This document shows positions 27,395 through 41,088 of a stretch of DNA of 64,000 bases, piece after piece. The notes under the pieces are model-generated. The model was not told the DNA's origin and did not search any database. It saw only the letters and a list, made by a program, of their open reading frames with translations. Positions within the stretch are counted from its first letter, which is position 1, and each line of letters opens with the position of its first letter. This DNA comes from Felis catus (taxonomy: Eukaryota): contig NC_058368.1 of the NCBI RefSeq assembly GCF_018350175.1, positions 28,770,001-28,834,000 on the forward strand, in the 5' to 3' direction. A program made the translations under genes and the position numbers.

Positions 27395-27785
27395 TTTATT
27401 AAATGAATAGCTTTTTTGACATATAATGACATATAATAAACTGTGAATATTTATAGTGTACAGTTTGATAATTTTTATATTTATATATATTTATGAAACT
27501 GTCATCACAGTCAGGATAATGAATACATCTGTGACCACCACCCCAGAGTATCCTCAGATCTCTTGGTAATCCCTCTCTCTTGACCCTTGTCACCCTCCTC
27601 TGCTACCCTCAGACTCTGCTTCAAGTTACTTGATTTCTCTTATATTTTCTAGAACTTTATATAAATGGGATCACACAGTATATACTCTTTTTGATCTAAC
27701 TTCTTTTACTCAGCATACTTATTTTGAGATCTTTCATGTTGTTATGTATATCAGTACTTCATTCCTTCTTATTGCTAAGAAGCAG
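27395..27785 (-). mobile_element. Old L1 (L1MB/MC-like) 3' end
   Basis: tttttgacatataatgacatataataaactg..tagaactttatataaatgggatcacacagtat..ttttactcagcat. Confidence 0.8.
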
Positions 27786-30242
27786 TGGAAAGTGCTTTTC
27801 TCTCTAAAACTTATGTGCCCAAACATCTTGACCCCAGTACTTCTATTCCTGAAATCTTTTTAAAAGAGCACTTTGCTTTTCTCATCTTTAATTCTTATGA
27901 AATAGTTATTTATCTCAGTCAAGCCATATCTTTAGTTTCATTTGTTATTTGTTGTTGTTAAATTGTAGTAAAATGAACATTAATCTTAGTTTTAACTTTT
28001 GATAGTGCTTGTTTCCTAATCCTCAACTATTTACTACATATTCAGCCTTTGTATTACACACCAGTGTCTTAAAGCACCTGAAAGTACATGGCAGATCCTA
28101 AGGAGTACTCTACTCAGCGGCTTTCAGAGGTGGAGATCCTATCATCATCAGGAAATGACTTTCCATATGACCTATTTATATGTAAGGAAGCCTTTGGGGT
28201 GACCTAGCAACAAAACGGTCCTTATCCTGTTATTCAGTAGTTTGCTGGCTGTTTTCATAGTCAGTATACACTTCTCTGCCTGATACATCAACAGTCTCGG
28301 AAACTGCCGCTCTTTAAATTGGGCCAGCTCACTTGGGTGTACCCAGCTAGAGTCAATACCAAAAAGCAAGCCACAGACAATGTATGTTCCAAGCAATGAT
28401 CATCACCTATTTAAAGTCAACCCCCCTAGCTTGCTCTCATGTTGCTTGTTCTCATGTTAATTGCTCTTCTGGTACTAAACCCACAGCTCAGCTGTGGTCC
28501 CTGCTTCCTGATCTTTTGGTTGAAGGATATAAATTAGACTTCCTCTTTTGGCTTACTTGTTGGATTTTGGCTTTGTTTATTCCCTGATTTAGTATCCCTC
28601 ATTATCTTGAGTAAGAAACTACATCTGCAGATTTAATTTTGTGCAGTGAAAGCACAAAAAAGCAGCTCTGTCTCTCCCACCTTCTTTTGTCCCAGCTAGG
28701 AAAGAGGAGGAGCAGGGATGAATCCAACATCTGTTGTTGGGCCACGAAGCAGGAGTTTTCTGGATTGTAGCAAACCACTTGGCAGGAGTGGAAAATGGAA
28801 TAACCTTCCCTTTTAGCTTTTAGATGACAGGATTCTCTGTGTCCAGGTTCTCTTGTGTGACTGTCTAATTGCTGGCGGTCCTCAGTGATCATGCTATCCT
28901 CAGGCCTTCCGGGCACTGTTCATGCTGCTGTTCTTTCCTGTTTTCCCAGAAAAACTCCTTTGGACAGATCATTCCCATGCCCTGCTTGAATATCTGTAAA
29001 TAAGGATTTTTTTTTCCCACCTGGAGAAATGAAATGATATCTGGTAGCTTTCATGAATTCCTCTAGACCTTTCTCATATGACCATTTCCAAAAACTGCTT
29101 TTCCCTGGTTTACAAATCATGGAGTGGCCTCTAAGTGTACAGATCACATGGTCAGAGAGTCCGTGCACCTACCTGTTTTATTGAGAAGACATGGTCTTAT
29201 CTGAAATCTTCAGAGTACTTATCTGATTCTCTCCACACATTTCCTACCTCCTGATATTCTAGCCGCCTAAGCGCTTAACTGTTGGTTTCTATTATAACAG
29301 TTAATGGCAATGAGTATTCCATTTCTGGAGAAATGCCAGTTATGTACCTATATTTTTGTTTTTGTGAAGATCTTGGCAGGTGTTTGAGTTTCAGATCTTC
29401 TTTCACATAACAAGGATGATACTACCCTCTAAAGTTGTATTTCCACTTGGGTTTAGAGTATAGTTCATAAGAACTGACAATATCACCCCATGATTAGATC
29501 ATGATAAGGGGTGTCTAGTCCCTTCTCCAAAACATACTAAGTCATTTCATAAACCAAGGCGAGTCTTATCGTCTTCCTCTGTGTGTCCTAGAATATTTAC
29601 ATCATCAGATTCCCTAGCACAGATTTATAAAAGAGATCACTTAAAAAAAATCACAATATTTCCTAAAAAATGACAAAAGAGTGAATGATCTAAAAGTTGA
29701 ATTTTCTCTACTTTTTGAAGACTATTCTTATTGTCAATTGCAAATTTTAAATTTAATCCAGCCCCTGTGCTGCTTAAATTTTCTGTGTTGTAAAAAGTCT
29801 TCTCATCCTAGATCATACTTCTTGGTCTTTCTACGATTTACATAGAGTGGGCTCCTTGCAAGACAGGAGATTTTGAGGGGATTTTGAATAAAGAAAAGGA
29901 AGCTGTGTAATGAATGTGAATTGGAGGGAATTTTGTTCTGAGAGACTTTGGAGAAATTTTGCTGGACATGTAACAGCATATCCCAAACGGTGGTTTGTGC
30001 AAGGCATGGAGACCATCAGTGGAAATAATCCAACATATTTTAACAGTAGGTGATTCTTTTTTGTGTTAATAATAGGTTCTTAGGATGTCCTGATTTTTTT
30101 CAAAGCTTGTTCTTTGGATAATAGCTTTGACTATATTAACAGCAACATGATGGGGTTATCACTGCCTAGGCTTTAGCTCCCATGACCTAATTTCTAATAT
30201 GAATGATTATGTTTGTTTGTTTTATTCCCCCCCCTCCCTTAG

Positions 30243-30411
30243 ATCCATTTTTCCTGTCCACCCCTCCTTCAGAATCATCGCCTTGGCAGAACCCCCTGTC
30301 TTTGGAAGCACCACACAGCAATGGCTGGGACCAGAATTTTTAACCATGTTCTTTTTCCATTATATGAAACCACTTGCCAAAAGTGAAGAAGTTCAAGTGA
30401 TTAAGGAAATG
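30243..30411 (+). CDS. VWA8: VWA8 exon C (169 nt, phase 2->0): (R)SIFPVHPSFRIIALAEPPVFGSTTQQWLGPEFLTMFFFHYMKPLAKSEEVQVIKEM
   Basis: ccctcccttag|A acceptor and ATG|gtaaga donor. HPSFRIIALA resembles the midasin/MoxR HPxFRxxA motif. Confidence 0.96.
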
Positions 30412-30544
30412 GTAAGAGTGAGGCTAGCTCTAGCCTGTGGCCTTCAACTGTTCCTTTTTTAAGGCACTCTGACACCTGCTGGAGTAGAGTTGGACATTCC
30501 TGGCTTTTTCTTCCCATTTACTCCCACATTTCCTGATATAACGG

Positions 30545-30700
30545 TCCTCATACTTCAGCATTTTTTCAGAAACATATGGAAGGTCTGATAAAATACAGAT
30601 TGTTGAGTGTCTAGGTCTGGGGTGGTACACGAGAACTTGGCATTTCTTAGGTGATGCCGATGCTGCTGATCTGGGGAACATACTTTGAGAACCATGGATG
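30545..30700. mobile_element. MER5-like hAT relic
   Basis: taggtctggggtgg..gcatttct..ggtgatgccgatgctgctg..tttgagaacca. Confidence 0.65.
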
Positions 30701-31289
30701 TAAGCTAGCTCTCCACTTTCCTCATATGGAGGCAGATTTGGATTCCTTTTCCTCTTCTAATCAGCCAAAGATGATCATTTTAAGTTCCTATACAGGGAGG
30801 CCAAATGTATCTTAGTTCCTTAGATTTTAGAATATATAAAGTAATGCTGTTCCCCTCGATACTGTAATATATCCTGTACTTACCTGACCAGTTACCTGGT
30901 GGCTTGCAGTATACATAATGCATTATTTCAGTGTCTGCCTTAACCAAGTATTGTGCTTAACGCTTGTGGAACTCCAGAACTTCACTGTTCAGTGTAGCTC
31001 TAGCCACATTACAGAAATTTTAAAAGTTCAGTTTCTCAGTCATGTTTCAAGTGGTCAATAACTATATGGGGCTTCTGGTTACCATGTCAGACAGCATAGG
31101 TAAAGAACATTTCCATCATCATAGAAAGTCCTCCTGGGCAGTGTTGTTCTAGATCACGAATAATTAACTTTATACGTGAATGCACCCATCCCCTCTGAAA
31201 GACCAGAATGAGCTGATTAACTTTAGGTCTTGTGAGCATGATGGTGAATAAGGGCATAGGCTTTCAAGTCAAATAGCTTGCTTTTAAAG

Positions 31290-31516
31290 TTTTTTTTCTT
31301 TTTTAATGTTTATTTATTTTTGACAGAGAGAGACAGAGTGCAAATGGGGGAGGGGCAGAGAAGAGGGAGACATGTAATCCAGAATCTGAAGCGGGCTCCA
31401 GGCTCTGAGCTGTCAGCACAGAGCCTGATGTGGGGCTCGAACTCACAAACTGTGAGATCATGACCTAAGCCAAAGTCGGATGCTTAACCGAATGAGCGAC
31501 TTAACCCAGGTGCCCC
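31290..31516 (-). mobile_element. CanSINE nested in a MIR relic
   Basis: TSD aaa(t/c)agcttgcttttaaa. Confidence 0.95.
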
Positions 31517-31761
31517 CAAACAGCTTGCTTTTAAATGCCAAATCCGCTATTTATTAGCTCCCAGATCTTGGGTAAATTACTCAACCAAAGTTGGGGATAT
31601 ATCACAGGATTGATTAAAAGAATAAATGAAATAAAGTATATACTGAAAAGAACTTAGAATTTTCAAGTTCCAGTCACTTAAAAATCATCAAAGGAATCCT
31701 GAGCAGTTTACTTCTGAAATGGTTGCATCATACCAGTCATTGTTCTAACATCTCTGTGATA

Positions 31762-31900
31762 TTTTTATTTATTTTAAATGCTTATTTATTTTGAGAGAGA
31801 GAGAGAGAAAATGAGAGAATCTGCAGTGTTAGTGTGGAGACTGATGTGGTGATCTCACAGTATATGACCTGAGCTGAAATCAAGAGTCGGATGCTAAATT
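31762..31900 (-). mobile_element. Degraded, partial CanSINE
   Basis: tttatttattttgagagaga..atgacctgagctgaaatcaagagtcggatgct. Confidence 0.8.
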
Positions 31901-32487
31901 GTTACAGTTCAGGCAACAAGTGTGTGTTATTTGGGCCATTGTTCTTCACAGTTCATTGATAAACTGATTACACCCCTTAGGTGTGTGGTTTAAAAGCCCT
32001 TGAAAAAATGAACAGCTTGAGCATCCAGTCTTTGTACAAGGATACCTTATGTCACTTTGTAGATACAAGATGATGATTAAATGAGGGAGTTTGGTTTCAG
32101 TAAGAAAAAATGCTGAAATTAGAATTTAAAAAATCATGCTGAAGCTTACAAACGGGGAAATAATTATGAAAAGTTTTTTTATGGGCACATTTTATGCCAG
32201 TTTTTAATTGAGCAACCTCCTTTCATCTTTTATCCTCGTGATGGAAGTGTAAATGAAGGGCAGCTTCGCCTCAGTTACCTGATGGTTAAAGAGAAAGTAG
32301 AGGTGTAAGTGTTTTCTGAGAAAATGAACAAGCAAATTTAGCTAGGAGTTAAACATGTTACCTATCATCAGAGACTTTCTAAAAATGTAATTCTAATATT
32401 GTTTGCTAACTAGCCATAATTTCTGGTTGATTGATCAGATATCCCAACTTATTCTTTCTTTCTTTTCTCAATTCTCTCATAAAATAG

Positions 32488-32565
32488 GTCCCAAATATAC
32501 CTCAGGAAGCTTTGGACAGATTGTTATCATTTGCACACAAACTCAGAGAGACACAGGATCCCACG
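32488..32565 (+). CDS. VWA8: VWA8 exon D (78 nt, phase 0->0): VPNIPQEALDRLLSFAHKLRETQDPT
   Basis: aaatag|GTC acceptor and ACG|gtaagt donor; in frame. Confidence 0.94.
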
Positions 32566-32964
32566 GTAAGTCTGGGCTTTTTCCCATAGGATTTTTCGTT
32601 GTTGACATGCTGCTGCTTTATGTTCTCAGAGTTTAATGCTTAAAAATCTATTTTTCAAGCTGGTATTTTTATCTCTTATGCTGTGCTTTGCCCTGTGCAT
32701 ATATTTCACTCTCTTGGTGGTTTGAACATTTGCTCCAGCCACTCGTGGCTGGTATCATACAAAAACCAGTAGCTCTAGAGGAGTGCTTGATATTCTTAGG
32801 GGTTTCACTTCTGCTACCCTGGTCTCCTGTGCTGAGTGGTCTCACCTAGTCCTTTGGCTTCAAGTACGACCTCTTATGTTAACGCCAACATATTTCTCTT
32901 CAGCTTCTAGCTTTTCTTTTCTCATTGATTCTCTGTTTCTAACTGTATTTCCGTCTTGGGATGG

Positions 32965-33496
32965 TATAGGGGCAGAAAACTTCCCCTTCCTTCCTTCCTT
33001 CCTTCCTTCCTTCCTTCCTTCCTTCCTTCCTTCCTTCCAGGTTCTTTGGTCAGCCTAATGATTAAATGGACATGAGACAGATTAACAGGAGAAAACCCAA
33101 TTTGATGTCATATGCACAGGAGCCCTATAAAAATATTAGACTTAAAGAAATGACCAAAGCAGGCAGCTTTTATACCTTTCGGACAAACAATAAATTTGTG
33201 AAGAATTGACAAGGCAAAAAGTTTGAGCTTAGGATGGTAAATTAGTGACAAAGTAACAAAGTTTGTTTATATTGCCATCTTAGCCCTTTGTTCCCTATTT
33301 CTGGCATTAAGGATGTGCTCTACCCTCCTGGGACAGAGAGGGTGCCTTTCAGGTGGGAGATTTATTTCCTGCTTTTGGGGGACAGAGGAGGGTCAGAGTG
33401 TCCTTCTCATACTGACTGTTTCTTAAGTAACTTTAATTCAAAATAATAAACATGTCAAAATGGCATACTTTGGGGTGGCATATTATGTTCCCCCAC
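32965..33496 (-). mobile_element. ERV1-class solo LTR (MER34-like) containing (CCTT)n at ~32985-33038
   Basis: Reverse strand starts tgggggaacataatatgccaccccaaagtatgcc, typical of MER34-type LTRs; ~530 bp. Confidence 0.65.
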
Positions 33497-33903
33497 CCTT
33501 TTTAAAATTTCTTGCCTAACGTTTATTTCAGCATTCACAGTTGAAAACATTTTTGCACTGTTACAAAAACTCCCCCCTGTCAAAAGTCCAATACACTCGG
33601 TATAATTCATGCTCTATCTGGGGTGAAATGAAAAGGTTATTCGTTTTTAATCTGAAGTCTTCAAGCAATAGTTAATATTTTAAATAGACCAAAGCAAGTT
33701 GTATATTTTCCCACAGAGGAATAAAAGGACTAATGAAAATGTTACTGGCTTTGGGCTGGAATTTTAATACCTAAGCCTGGTTATATTATGCCAATCAGAA
33801 GCACAATTGGTGACTATACATGCATTTGAATAGCAAAAAATAGAGAACTAATTCTTTAATAAATGCAGCTTGGTAAGCAAAACCTTTTAAAACACAGGGC
33901 GCA

Positions 33904-34018
33904 GGGGGCACCTGGGTGGCTCAGCTGGTTAAGCATCCCACTCTTGATCTCAGCTCAGGTCTTGATCTCAGGGTCATGAGTTCAAGCCCCGCACTGGACA
34001 TGAAGCCTACTTAAAAAA
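33904..34018 (+). mobile_element. Short old-type CanSINE without a CT tract
   Basis: SINE head to ..gaagcctacttaaaaa; TSD-like acacaggg. Confidence 0.88.
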
Positions 34019-34563
34019 TACACAGGGTACATGGGGAATAAAAATAAGGGACTTGATGCTTAAAACATTGGAAACCACTGTGTATGTTGGAAGGATCAAG
34101 GACTGTCACTAACTCTATGAATCTCGGTGTTCTCATCTGTAAAATGGGAAGTGCCATCTACTTCATAAGGATGTTGTAATGATTAAACATGAAAATGTAT
34201 GTGAAGAATCCTTTTCTTGGTAGCTGCTTAATAAATGTTCATTACTTTCACTGCTCAATGGGATACTCTGGGATTGCTGTAAATTCATCCTATCTTATAC
34301 AACTGAACTGTCTTTCCCCTTTAAATCTATTCCTACTTCCTTTTTTAATCCCCCGACTTTGTTAATAATCTGTCTCCTTGCTTTCCCACTATCTCCACTT
34401 ACCCTGAAAGAAAATCTCATCAATTTAGCATCATGATGTCTCATCCATTCTCTTACCTATTATCAGAATTGTTCTGGTATTTGGTTTCATAATCTTTCTC
34501 CTGGAATATCGTTATTTCCTTTTGACTGCCCTCATCACCAACAATTCATTCCTAATATGACCC

Positions 34564-35045
34564 TGTGTTACTTTCCTGTGCCTGTTTAACAAATTACCAT
34601 AAATGGTTTGTAACACTGGAAATTTATTTTCTCAGTGTTCCGGATGCCAAAAGTTTGGAATGCGTATTACTGAGTTGAAATCAAGGTATTAGCAACACTC
34701 CCTCAGGGGCTCAAGGGGAGAATCTGTCCCTTGCCTTTTCCAGTTCTGCTGGTGACCAGCATTCCTTGACTTGTGGCCTCGTTATCTTAACCTCTGCCTC
34801 CGTCTTCACATCACCTTCTCTTTTGTGTGTCTGTGTCAGATTTTTCTCAGCCTCCCTTTTACGAGGATACGGGTGATTGCATTTAGGGGCCACCCAAATA
34901 ATCCAGGATAATCTCTTCATCTCAAAGTCTTTAATGTGGTCTACAAAGTCAGCGTTGCCATGTAAAGTAAAATTCACAGGTTCCAGGGATTAGGATGTGG
35001 GTATCTTGGGGTATAGGGGGTGGGAGCATTTTCTAGCTGTCACAG
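34564..35045. mobile_element. MaLR MLT1-type solo LTR nested in L2
   Basis: aacaaattacca..ggggagaatctg..ccagcattccttgacttgtggcc..ataatccaggataatctc..ttccagggattaggatgtgg. Confidence 0.85.
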
Positions 35046-35059
35046 GCCCCCTATTAATA

Positions 35060-35535
35060 ACTCCTGGGACCTCATCTGCAACTCTGCTTCCTTATTTGTT
35101 CTTTTCAGCTATACCATTCTCTTTCTTGTTCCTTAAACCCACTAGTGTCTGCCTCAGGGCCCTTGCCACTCAGCATTTCCTCTGGCTAGATTGTTCTTCC
35201 CCAGATAACTGTAGCTTTGCCCCCTCCCCCTTTTGGATTTGCTCAGATGTCACCTCTTCAGAGAGGCCAACCTGAAGCACTCTATTTAGAATCATGCTTT
35301 CCGCCCTTTTCATTCCCAGCTCTCTTTGGGCTTTCAAGTTCCTCCTGAGGCTTAACCCTTTGACATAATATATGTTTCACTCACTTTTTTAAATTGTCTG
35401 TTTTCCCTGACTCAAATTTATGTTCCAGGATGACAGGGATTTTTGTTGTGGTCCCCGCTGTATCCCCAGCATCTGGAATTTGCCTACTGTGTAGTAGATG
35501 CTCAACAAATATCTATTAAATAAATGAATGAGTGA
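35060..35535 (+). mobile_element. L2 3' end
   Basis: ctcagggcctt..gctcagatgtcacctcttcagagaggcc..gctgtatccccagcatct..aaatgaatga. Confidence 0.8.
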
Positions 35536-35989
35536 CTCTTCCTTGTTATCTCTGGAGTGGCCTTTCCTGAACTGTTAAGGGCTGAATTCTCCGCTTACAG
35601 ACTGAAGGACAACCCGCTAAAACATGCATGCCTGCCAAGTTCCTTTTGGCTGTGTGCTGCCCTCCTCAGCCTCGCTCTCTAGAGCCTCTCTTGAAGCACC
35701 CTCAGGCCTCCCGCACTCCTCTTCTTACTGGTTCCTGAGCCCAGCACATAACCAGATGCCTCCACGTCAGGTGATGCCCGAAATGTGCTTTCTCCCTGTC
35801 TGCTCTCCCGCAGGTCCTTGTTCCGTCAGGTCTCTCTCAGCCCCTCAGGCAGAAGTAACCTCAGTCTGCAGTCTGTTTTCGTGACACTTGACATAGGATT
35901 CTCTTACGGACCTGTGGTGGCTCTATCTCTGTTTATTTTTATCTCCCCAACAACTGTTTGAACTCCTTGTTCATTCTTCTGGTTAAAAA

Positions 35990-36205
35990 TTTTTTTATTA
36001 CATTTATTTATTTTTGAGAGATAGAGCAAAGTGAGAGTGGGGGTGGGGGGACAGGCAGAGAGAGAGGGAGACACAGAATCTGAAGCAGGCTCCAGGCTCT
36101 GAGCTGTCAGCACAGAGCCCGACCTGGGGCTCGAACCCACAAACTGTGAGATCATGACCTGAGCCGAAGTTGGACACTTTACCGACTGAGCCACCCAGGT
36201 GCCCC
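35990..36205 (-). mobile_element. CanSINE nested in an L2 tail
   Basis: Reverse SINE; TSD tgttcattctt. Confidence 0.95.
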
Positions 36206-38259
36206 AGTGTTCATTCTTTTATTCCCGTTTCCCAGCCTGGTGCCTGGCACATAAGAGACACTTAATAAATGTTTGATGAATGAATGAATAAAATGACTAA
36301 TCAACTAATTACTAATTTATTAACACATTGTCCCTAGAGTTTTCTCTCCCAGAGAATGTTACCTTTCATAAAAGAAATAATTCTTTAAGAGGAAAAAGAG
36401 AGAATTTATTTGAAAAAATTTCTGATCAGAACCTTCATATTTTTAAGCTGAATTACTGGTACTAATCATGCTAATACAAAAAACCCTTGAAGTGTGCTCT
36501 TAAACTCCATAACCATGGTAACTAAGAGAATGTGCTCATATCCTCACTTTCTTTTTTGCAAGATGAAACTGCACTTAGAAATGTAATGTTATAAACGTTA
36601 AACATGTTAGGAATTTTGTAATTAAAGTGCATTCTCAATTTCTAATTGATAATGTGAGAGAAGAAATAACCAAACCCTTTATTCAACACTTAAATGGCTC
36701 AACATAAAGCTTTGTTCTGATTTTTTGGACACTGGATGTTATCATAAAGCATTTCGGTATTATCAACTGAGAAAGCTCATGTTTTTCAAATTCATGAGAA
36801 AGTCCTTACCGATCACTGGAATGAAATGTGAAGCCTGAATTCAATGTCATTCTTGGATGAGATTAGAATATTGTATACTAGGAAGTTACTGTACTGTTTA
36901 TTGAGACTCTTGTCATGAGAATGCTCGGGTTGGAGTCATTAGTCATACATTTTCCATGATGAAAATAGGAATTTTTGTGGACCCACCTGTTAAGAATGGG
37001 AATTGCTGAATCATATTAGGCTTCTGATACTTTAAATCATACTGGCTGTAATAACCTTATCCTCCCTTCTTCCTTCTTTCTCGTATCCATCAGGTGCCAA
37101 GTTCTCTGAAATAGTTGTTGATTCCTTCTCTCTACTCCTTTTTGCCAGTGACCTTACTGTAGTACCTCATCATTTTATAGACAGATCATTGAAGGAGCTT
37201 TCTGTTTCCTGTCTCAGTTCCCCCCGTCCTTCACTTACTTTGCATGCTCCTGCCAGATTAATCTTTCTAAAATCATATTACCACTTTGTGCACAAAAGAA
37301 GTCCTATTGCCTTTCGGGGTAAAGCCAAACTCCTCCAGGGGTCAGTCCCAGGTCTTTGTTACTTAGGAGCAAGTTCTCCAGCAAGACCCTGTGATAGAGC
37401 TGGGCTGGTTTCCTCACAGTCTGCACGATTTCTGTTTCTTTTGCTTTCATGCCTTTGTTCATAGCCTTTCTCCTGCCCACTTGAACAATTTAATTTTAAG
37501 CCCCTATAGCAGTTGTCAAGTGCTTCACTTGCTTTGGCATTAAATTATATGCTATTTTGAATTGCAATTCCTACTTTCTTATATTTAAATATTGCCTCCA
37601 TGTCTAGAATGCAAATTTGTTGAAAACAAGGATGAACCAAATGTTTGCTTACAAATGAGTTCTTTGAGACATCGAATGTGTTTTTTAATAGAAAAAAGGG
37701 TACATTGTAAATGGTGATCTTGCTCCCAACCTAGTCCCCAGAGGACTCTTTAACCTATGTTGTAGCTGAAATACAACTCTAGTATTAGCATAACAGCATC
37801 TCATGGAGCCGTGAAATACCCAAGGGAGAGAAATCACTTCCTTTTGTTCTTCCTTGGAACATGCAGAAATCACCTCAAGTGAAATGTGGAAACAAGCAAA
37901 TAAACTGTGTCTCTGGCATTGTGGCATCCTACCACCATCCATCCTGAACCCTCTGTTCACGTCTTGGAGTCCTCTTCTGTGTTCCCTTAGGGGTCACATG
38001 TGCCCTCATTTCACCCTGGCCTGTTCTTTAAAAGTTCTTCTCTCTTCTGGTTTTCAGTGAAAACTGTTGTTTCCTAATGCTGCTGATCTAAATCCAATAA
38101 TAATCTGATACATTAAATTCATACTAAAGTGTAGGTCACATCACCTTCCTGTTAGATTTTCTTCATTTTGAAGAGGCTGACTTTTAATAATAATTGGTGA
38201 CATTTGTTGAGCATCCATGTGACTGACCTCTGCTAAGAGAACAATTTTCTCTTTTGTCC

Positions 38260-39215
38260 TTTTTCTTTCTTTTTTGTTCTTTCAAGTTTTTATTTTAATT
38301 CCAGTTGGTTAACATACAGTGTAATATTAGTTTCAGGTGTAGAATTTAGTGATTTATCACTTACATATAACATCCAGTGCCCATCAAAACCAGTGCCCTC
38401 TGTAATACTTACCTATTACTCATTTTTAACCCATCCTCCTACCCATCTCCCAGCAACTCTCAGTTTGGTCTCTATAGTTAAAAATCTATTTTATGATTTG
38501 CCTGTCTTTTTTCCCCCATGTTCATCTGTTTTGTTTCTTAAATTACACAAATGAGTGAAATCCTATGGTATTTGTCTTTCTCTGACTGACTTATTTTACT
38601 TAACATTATACTTTCTAGCTCCATCCACAGCATTGCAAATGGCAAGATTTCATTCTTTTTATGGCTGAGTAATATTCCATTGAATATAAACACCACCTCT
38701 TCTTTATCTATTCATCCGTCAGTGGACATTTGCATTCTCTCCATACTTTGGCTAATGTTCATAATGCTGCTACAGACATTGGGGTTCATGTATCCCTTCA
38801 AATCAGTATTTTTTTATCCTTTGCATAGATATCTGGTAGTTCAATTGCTGGATCATAGAGTAGTTCTATTTTTAACTTTTTGAGGAACCTCCATACTGTT
38901 TTCCAGAGTGGTGACACCAGTTTGCATTCCCACCAACAGTGTAACAAGGTTCCCCTTTCTCCACATCCTCCCCAAGAGTTGTTTTCCTATGTTGTCAATT
39001 TTAGCCACTCTGACCAGTGTGAAGTGGTATCTCATTGTAGCTTTGATTTGTATTTTCCTGATGATGAGTGATGTTGAGCATCTTTTCATGTGTCTGGTTA
39101 GCCATCTGGATGTCTTCTTTGGAAAAATGTCTATTCATGTCTTCTGCCCATTTTTTAATTGAATTGTTTTTTGGTGTGTTGAGCTTGATAAGCTCTTTAT
39201 AGATTTTGGATATTA
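38260..39215 (-). mobile_element. Carnivore L1 3' fragment
   Basis: Minus-strand ORF2 C-terminal peptide [24 protein letters not shown].. and L1 3' UTR. Confidence 0.92.
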
Positions 39216-39879
39216 AACCCCTCTTAACAATCTTAAAGGTAAAGGCATTATTATCACCAACTTAAAGATAAGGAAACCGAGACTTTAAGGTGTTAACTAA
39301 CCCACCAAGCTAATACATGGGAGGGAGCCTGATTTGTCTGATTCCAAAGCTTATGAACTTTATATTATGCTGCCCACTAAGATAATTTCAAAATCAACAA
39401 CAAATATTATTGGTACTCACCTGTCTTGATTTCTATACTAGCAGCTCTATTAATTTTAAAAGTGAAATTATCCTGACAGTGTAGGGAAAGGGTTTCAAAC
39501 TGCAAGCTGCCGCCCAAGTGATAACACTGGTTGACACCTCTGTGATCAGCAACCTGAACTGTCCACATTTCCTTTTCTCCCTTTTGGAAACCATCGATTT
39601 ACTTAAAGCTCTAAGCATTTTCAGGATATCTTAACAGTGCAGCTTTGTGTAGGCGGGGGGGGTGGGGGTGGGAAGAACAAATAATTCATGGCACAGAAAA
39701 GCTATTTGTAAGTCAGGTGTGAACTGTATTATGTAATATCTTTCCTTCCTCCAACCTCTTCCCCCCCAACCCCCAAAACGTGTGTATACAGCACTTAGCT
39801 CAATGAAAACACTTCTGTCGAATTTAACTTATAAACACTTTTTATAGATTGTTTTTTAAAAACCTATCTTTAAGGATTT

Positions 39880-40091
39880 AAAAAAAAATTTTTTTTAACA
39901 TTTATTTATTTTTGAGACAGAGAGCATGAACAGGGGAGGGTCAGAGAAAGAGGGAGACACAGAATCTGAAACAGGCTCCAGGCTCTGAGCTGTCAGCACA
40001 GAGCCCGACGCGGGGCTCGAACCCACAGACCGTGAGATCATGACCTGAGCCGAAGTCGGACACTTAACCGACTGAGCCACCCAGGCGCCCC
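39880..40091 (-). mobile_element. Young CanSINE ~190 bp upstream of exon E
   Basis: CpGs retained; TSD tctttaaggattt at 39867-39879 and 40092-40104. Confidence 0.96.
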
Positions 40092-40279
40092 TCTTTAAGG
40101 ATTTTTAAAGTGTAAATTGGCTTTTGTTTATTTTTATTTGTAATTCATTAACAGTATATATTTATTTTAAGTCTGGCCTTGTCCATCAGGAATAATGAGC
40201 TGTGCCCTGATACTCATCTAAAGGGACTTTCAGCAGGTAGAAACAAGACTGTCATCAGGCTGTCCTTGTCTTTTGATAG

Positions 40280-40395
40280 GCCCAGTCATTGGCAGCATCA
40301 CTATCTACCAGACAGCTGTTGCGGATTTGTCGTCGGCTGTCACAGTACCCTCATGAAAATCTTCACAGTGCAGTTACTAAAGCCTGCCTTTCCAG
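40280..40395 (+). CDS. VWA8: VWA8 exon E (116 nt, phase 0->2): AQSLAASLSTRQLLRICRRLSQYPHENLHSAVTKACLS(R)
   Basis: ttttgatag|GCC acceptor and CAG|gtaacc donor. STRQLLR is a sensor-2-like AAA lid motif. Confidence 0.95.
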
Positions 40396-40901
40396 GTAAC
40401 CATATTCCCCTTTCTCACTGAATTCAAGCTCCTGGGTCTTTGCTAAAATGATAACGTAAGTTTAATTGGTAGTCAGTTCTCACAGGTCTGGAGAATGTAT
40501 TGTCTGAATATGTAGCTATCTCAACCTTGTGTTCAGTTTTTAGAACATATTTTATCGTACACATAACAGCAATTTTAAGAGATAGTTTACAGATAAGAAA
40601 ACTAAGTCACTTGCTCTTGTCAGAGTAGTGAAGAAGTAAAGGTGGATTTGGGATTCAAATGCTGTGTGTCTTCTGAGCTAGTGTTTTTATGCACTACACT
40701 GAGCATCTCCCAAATTAGCTTTGGAACCTTCCATGCTTGATATACTGTCCTGTTGCCTAAATTTAACAAAACTAATGTCTTTTCAGTCTATACTAATAAT
40801 ACTTTTATACCTGTTTGGAAATTATTATAAAATATTGGCTTAAAGAATTTTCTTACAAAATCACACTTGCATGAAATCATTTAAAAAAATTTTTTTTTAA
40901 C

Positions 40902-41088
40902 AGGCACCTGGGTGGCTCAGTCAGTTAAACATTCGACTTTGGCTCAGGGCTCAGGTCATGATCTCACAGTTTGTGGGTTCGAGCCCTGCATTGGGCTCTG
41001 TGCTGACAGCTCAGAGCCTGGAGCTGCTTTGGATTCTGTCCCTCTTTCTCTCTGCCCCCCCCCCAAATAAATAATAAACATTTAAAAA
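40902..41088 (+). mobile_element. CanSINE (left member of a tail-to-tail pair)
   Basis: ggcacctgggtggctcag head through A tail. Confidence 0.93.
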
